From Octopus vulgaris (lineage: Eukaryota), in contig OX597825.1 of NCBI GenBank assembly GCA_951406725.2, positions 81,902,001-81,966,000 of the forward strand: a DNA stretch of 64,000 nt, in the 5' to 3' direction. Position 1 is the stretch's first letter. The number at the start of each line of letters is the position of its first letter. Below the pieces are notes generated by a model. It saw only the letters and a list, made by a program, of their open reading frames with translations. It did no database searches and was not told where the DNA came from. This document shows positions 58,348 through 64,000 of the stretch, piece after piece. Position numbers and translations under genes: made by a program.

Positions 58348-58590
58348 GGAGGAGGAGGAGGAGGAGGAGGATAATGATGATGGTGATGATGATGATAATA
58401 ATGATGTTGATGATGATGGTAATGATGTTTTTATTGATGATGGTAATGATGTTTTTATTGATGATGATAATGATGGTGATGGTGATGATGATGATGATGG
58501 TGTTGGTGATGATGATGATGATAATGATGGTGATGATGATGATGATGATGATGGTGATGGTGATGATGATGATGATGATGATGATCACCA
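58045..58590. repeat. (GAT)n/(GAG)n microsatellite
   Basis: Directly visible; source of the poly-D/M/I ORFs. Confidence 0.95.
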
Positions 58591-59774
58591 TCATTATCAT
58601 CATCATAAGCATTGTCATTATCACCACCATCATTAAAACCACAACCATCACCGCCACCATTACCACCAGCACCACCAACACCACCAGCACCACCACCATC
58701 ATCATGACAATGTCGATGATAATGTTAACGATGCTAATGGCGCATACTTAGTTGATTTGCATAATTAAAACATTACATTAAAGAATTGAAAAACACTTTA
58801 TTAATATACACATTATAAAGGTACCGACTTAAAACAAGAAAGAAAAAAAAAGCGTAACTGGTTGGTCTCGAACCTAGCATCTATCGCTTTCTTTATGACC
58901 ACGTTCTCGATTATTTGTTACTTAGAAAATGATAGATACTTGATCCATCTTTCAGTTAGTTCATTGCTGCTCTCGGCCTTAATTGCTGCTTACAATGACC
59001 ACTATTAATTTAAAGAATATGGCGGCGAGCTGGCAGAATCGTTAGCACGCCGGGCGAAATGCGTAGCCGTATTTCGTCTGCCGTTACGTTCTGAGTTCAA
59101 ATTCCACCGAGGTCGACTTTGCCTTTCATCCTTTCGGGGTCGATTAAATAAGTACCAGTTACGCACTGGGGTCGATATACTCCACTTAATCCGTTTGTCT
59201 GTCCTTGTTTGTCCTCTCTGTGTTTAGCCCCTTGTGGGCAGTAAAGAAATAGGTATTGTATATTATTTTTGTGACAGCGTCATGTCACATAGGGAGGTAG
59301 TACTTTGTTGATAATTTTGAGGCTTGAAAACCGGTAATGGTTTGGTTATGTCTCCAGAACGTACTAGTTCAGTATAAAGATCGATAGAGTAAGGACCAAA
59401 CTTCAAAAGAAATAAGCTCTAGGGTCGACTTGTTCGATTAAAATTCTTCAACGTGATGCTCCAGCATGGCCGCAGACTAATGAGTGGAACAAATAAAAGA
59501 TAAACGATAAACAATGTGCATGTGTGTGTGTGACAAACACAGATACACACATGATAGGATTCCACACAGTTTCCCCTCTGCTAAATTCACTCACAAGGCA
59601 TTGCCTGGCCCGGGGCTGTGGTAGAAGACCCATGCCCGCGGTTCCGCGTAGTGGGACTGAACTAGCACCCATGTGGTTGCAAAGCTAGCTTCTTAACCAC
59701 ACAGCTATGCCTACACTCTCTAGAAATTTGTTGAAGTTTAATTTCAAGGTATCTAGGCTAGGTTTGGATGGAAG

Positions 59775-60143
59775 CACTCCGTCGGTTACGACGATGAGGG
59801 TCCCAGCTGATACGATCAACGGAACAGCCTGCTCGTGAAATTAACGTGTAAGTGGCTGAGCACTCCACAGACACGTGCACCCTTAACGTAGTTCTCGGAG
59901 ATATTCAGCGTGACACAGAGAGTGACAAGGCCGGCCCTTTGAAATACAGGTACAACAGAAACAGGAAGTAAGAGAAAGTTGTGGTGAAAGAGTACAGCAG
60001 GGATCACCACCATCCCCTGCCGGAGCCTCGTGGAGCTTTAGGTGTTTTCGCTCAATAAACACTCACAACGCCCGGTCTGGGAATCGAAACCGCGATCCTA
60101 TGACCGCGAGTCCGCTGCCCTAACCACTGGGCCATTGCGCCTC
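59775..60143 (-). mobile_element. tRNA-derived SINE
   Basis: gaggcgcaatggcccagtggttagggcagcggactcgcgg..ggtttcgattccc head; tail shared with 61266-61588; a head-only copy at 17107-17160. Confidence 0.82.
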
Positions 60144-61265
60144 GACAGGCTAGGTTTACCTGTTCTCTCAATATGTTATCAACGTAAACCAATAACCGTG
60201 ATTCTGGTTCCTGCTCACAGAAATATCGTTTAACCATTTCTTTCGATCTTGTTTTCATTTCGGTTAGTTTGCACTTTAGGTGTTTGCTGCTGCGGATAAA
60301 TATAGTCTTTTCACTTCTCCAAGATAACCATTTGTTTATTTAAGAACTTGAACAAAGAATTAAATCTCAAGAATGCGCAAGAATCTGAAATGTATCTGCA
60401 AAAATGTCATACAAAGCCAAGAAAAACAAAAAAAAACAAATAAAAATAAAAAAGAAAGAGAAATTTCAAGACTTTCGAAAGAAATATATCCTAGCCTTCT
60501 TCTTCTTCTTCTTCTTCTTCTTCTTCTTCTTCTTCTTCTTCTTCTTCTTCTTCTTCTTCTTCTTCTTCTTCTTCTTCTTCTTCTCATCGTCATCGCCATC
60601 ACCACCATCACCCTCATCATCAACACTCTTCTCCTCCACCTCCTATCATCATCAACACTCTTCTCCTCCACCTCCTATCATCATCGCCATCGTCATCATC
60701 ATCATCGTCGTCGTCGTCGTCGTCATCATCATCATCATCATCATCACAAACTCAAAACAATAATAAACGTGATGTGTACGCCATTTATATTTAACACATT
60801 CCTGTACTTCAGATCGTGGAAGACGTTTGACTGTGGGATTCGCGTCACGGAAAAAAGTTCTCTTTATAAGCCACATCGATCCGGGCTTGACCGGCGTCAT
60901 CAGACTGGTTGACACTTGTTTCGACATGATTCAACCTCTTCAGTGTCAAACAGCATTTCAGTCGTTCATAACCCGATCTGAACTTCTGTCCATCTATTGA
61001 TGCTTCAATAAACACCGGCAAATGAAATTCTTGTTGTTTACATAATTGAAAGAGATCAGGCTACGAATGACTGAAATCGTGTCTGCCCTTTTGGAGGCGA
61101 AATCGCACCAAAACACGGCCCGGTGAGTTTTTTCTTCGTAGAAGTCTATAAGGAGAAATTTTTCTCCGCAACAAAAGCCTCAAAGCGAACATCTTCCTTC
61201 AAAATTATCAATGTACACATCGTTATTTTGATCATTACTGCTTCGGGTGCTTATAAATTGACAGT

Positions 61266-61588
61266 GAAGGCGCGTGGCTTAGTGGTTAGGGCATTCGGCT
61301 CACGATTGTAAGGTCGTGAGTTCGATTCCAGGCGACGCGTTGTGTCCTTGAGCAAGACACTTTATTTCATCTTGCTCCAGTCCACTCAGCTGGCAAAAAT
61401 GAGTTGTACCTGTATTTCAAAGGGCCGGCCTTGTCACACTGTGTGTCACGCTGAATCTCCCTGAGAACTACGTTAAGGGTACACGTGTCTGTGGAGTGCT
61501 CAGCCACTTGCACTTTAATTTCACGAGCAGGCTGTTCCGTTGATCGGATCAGCTGGGACCCTCGTCGTCGTAACCGACGGAGTGCTCC
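61266..61588 (+). mobile_element. tRNA-derived SINE family C
   Basis: aaggcgcgtggcttagtggttaggg..gagttcgattcc head, tgtgtccttgagcaagacactt core, tail ..gtaaccgacggagtgc. Confidence 0.85.
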
Positions 61589-61902
61589 TATAAATTGATA
61601 TTAAACTTTTACCCCAATAGTTTCAAAGAAATAATGTTCTTTTATATTAGATTCGGCGAAAAATAACTGCACTTAGAGAAGCTAAAAGGAACCGCAGAAC
61701 AGATATCAATTTTTCTAAAACACGAAACGTAAAGAAAAACGAAACTGCTAAACGTTTCATTGGAATTTTCTTGTTGATTTTAATCTCTCTCTTAAACCTT
61801 ATTATTGTTAATACTGTTCTATATTTAAGAACTAAGCATTTCATGTACATTATTTACATTATTTATATTTGACGGATATTTGTTCTCATCTTGTTTGTTG
61901 TT

Positions 61903-61948
61903 AACACAACGTTTCGGTTGATATACCCTCCAGCCTTCTTCAGGCGTC
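61903..61948 (-). ncRNA. Minimal hammerhead motif, same family as 15612-15657 (element ~61845-62140)
   Basis: Minus strand gacgc-CTGAAGA-a-ggctg..caacc-GAAACGTT-gtgtt; the element ends with an inverted copy (62101-62137) of its other end. Confidence 0.65.
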
Positions 61949-62030
61949 TTCGGGAAATTTCGAACCTGGTTTCTCATTCCTAAAGTGTTTTTCGATGTTA
62001 TTATTCTTATTCTTATTCATACTCTTATTA

Positions 62031-62079
<49 letters not shown>

Positions 62080-62479
62080 TCACTACTTGGAATCGAACTC
62101 GGACAAATATCCGTCAAATGTAAATAATGTAAATAATCTACATACTTTATTATTGTTGTCTTGTTTTCAATAGATTCCGATTTTCAGGTCAAACGTTGCT
62201 CTTCTTTGATAGTTATTGTCTTACGTTTAACGTTTCCAAAGAATTCTTTGATGTCTGATCTTTTATGATCGTGTCTTCTGTATTTGAAGTGGCGGAGATG
62301 TTTGACTCGACAGAAAGTCAGATTGCCGATGAAACATAAAATCGATACTTTGCACTCCATCAACCGCATTGCACCAGTACACTTGATTCTCTTTCGGCAA
62401 CAAAAGTAACAAAAACAACAGCAAGAAGAAGAAGAAGGACAACAACAATAACAACAACAGCAAAATCGCTATGATGGGA

Positions 62480-63072
62480 TAGAACAGTATTTACATTGAA
62501 AAATATGTAAACACTCCTGCTTACTGGTATGAGCATCATCCTGAGCCAGTTGTTGAAGGTAAAAATGTCACTATCCTCTGGGATTTTCCAGTCAACGCTA
62601 ATCGACCAGACATAGTCATTAAAGACAAGGAAGAAAATACTTGTAGACTAATAGATGTAAGTGTTCCCACCGATAAAAATATATCCGTAAAGGAATTCGA
62701 CAAAGTAAGTAAACCTGGAAATTGAAATACAAAAGATGTGGCATCTTAAAGCGGGAACTGTTCCTGTTATTGTGGGTGCCCTAGGTACGATAAGAAAGGG
62801 ATATCAGAAACATCTTGATAATATCCCAGGAGAACCATGTCTCAGAGAAATGTAAAAGACTGTGTTGGCAAGTACTTACTGCCCACATCCTTATAAAAAT
62901 CTTATGAATTTAAATGTCTGTGTTGTATTAGATGAAGATATTTCGCTACTGCCCCTACCAACTTCCCCCCCTTCCCCAAGCTTTCAGTCATACTGTAATA
63001 TCTTTCATTCACCCTAGGACGCTGGATGTGTCTCGGCAAGTGATGGTAACAAACATTCAGATTAAAAGTAAA

Positions 63073-63137
<65 letters not shown>

Positions 63138-63155
63138 ATAATAATAATAATAAAA
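62480..63155 (+). pseudogene. R4/Dong-clade non-LTR 3' remnant (restriction-like endonuclease)
   Basis: WYEHHPEPVVEGKNVTILWDFPV..NRPDIVIKDKEENTCRLIDVSVP..KE..K and [13 protein letters not shown], with frameshifts; ends in (TAC)n(TAA)n. Confidence 0.88.
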
Positions 63156-64000
63156 TGCCCTAATGAAATACGGGGCAGTATTTCAACTGATTAGAAGTGT
63201 TAACATGTGTATGTTTTGTCTGGAAAGTTCCTTGTAGTAGGGGTAAGGACTTCCTGGAAACTTCGGAGGAGGGTATGTGCTTTTTCTGGAAAGGTCGAGG
63301 ATTAGGAGGAAGGCGAAAATCTTCCTGGCAAATTCCGGTAAGAGGTGAGCACTTTCTGGAAATGTTCCGAGGACGCGGATGAAGGGGAGGAAGGACTTCT
63401 TGTAAAAGTCCAAGGAGCGAGAGTAAGGCCTTCCTGGAAAAGTCTAAATAAATAGACACTTCCTGAAAAGTCCTCTTCCTATATGTAAAAAATATTGCTT
63501 AACTAGGTGGAATTCTTTTATGAAATTGCAAAACACAAATCAGATAAAAATAGAACTATGAACTTGTAAATATTAGGTAAAAAAAATTCCTTTCGAACTG
63601 GAAATACTGATGACTACTCGTTAGACACGAAACCATTTCTCCTGTATAAAAAAAATAAACGTTCTTATCGTTGGACGAAAGAGACTTTTGAATTTCTCAT
63701 TAATTTTAAAATCTTTATTCTTACCAACAAGAATTGCATGTTGTTGACATCAACCTTCGATATTTTAATCCAAATTTTTACAGGCTGTTATTTATAGCTC
63801 TATCTATTTCGGGTTTCACCGTTTCAAAAAATATTTCACGTTCTCTCGAACAACAGCGTTGGTAACATTTTTGTTATTTATTTTTTATTTATGTGTATAA
63901 AAATAAATATAACATTAAATTCTTAAAAGCCTTAATTTTAATTTCTGAAATCAAAAGCGTACCAGTGGGTCTCGGCGCACCGTTTGAGTACCAGCACCGA

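Noticed and set aside
57833-58751. Poly-Asp or poly-Met ORFs resembling acidic biomineralisation proteins
   Set aside because: (GAT)n microsatellite; no convincing gene structure.
59990-61350. tRNA-like heads as functional tRNA genes (also 17107, 49700, 52760)
   Set aside because: They continue into SINE cores and tails and lack proper acceptor stems.
63195-63480. CRISPR array
   Set aside because: Eukaryotic context, short degenerate repeats, irregular related spacers, no cas genes.
63598-63645. CTGATGA..GAAA motif as a hammerhead
   Set aside because: Stem II does not abut GAAA and no stem III or UH is present. Similar rejections at 17256, 27074, 41693 and 51780.

Overview
AT-rich eukaryotic (metazoan) DNA dominated by microsatellites and SINEs. 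The SINE families and (TA)n/(TATG)n density point to an octopus/coleoid cephalopod genome (inference). The only confidently identifiable host gene is the 3' end of CCT3 (TCP-1/CCT chaperonin subunit gamma), with three phase-0 exons at 745-885, 2403-2534 and 7060-7170 on +. The remaining ~56 kb is repeat-rich: tRNA-derived SINEs; remnants of Tc1, mariner, Helitron, RTE, CR1/L2-like, L1/Tx1-like and R4/Dong elements; MITEs/foldbacks, one with an 8-bp TSD; and a Penelope-type GIY-YIG remnant. The most notable unannotated system is a set of short non-coding elements, mostly at (TA)n tracts, that carry type I hammerhead ribozyme motifs. There are six near-canonical copies and several variant or degenerate ones from unrelated families, often framed by direct or inverted partial repeats, consistent with Penelope-like pLTR/retrozyme-like elements. 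The last CCT3 intron also has non-repeat hairpins, one of which buries a strong cryptic 3' splice site leading to a premature stop. Almost all supplied ORFs are microsatellite artefacts. All folds were paired by eye.
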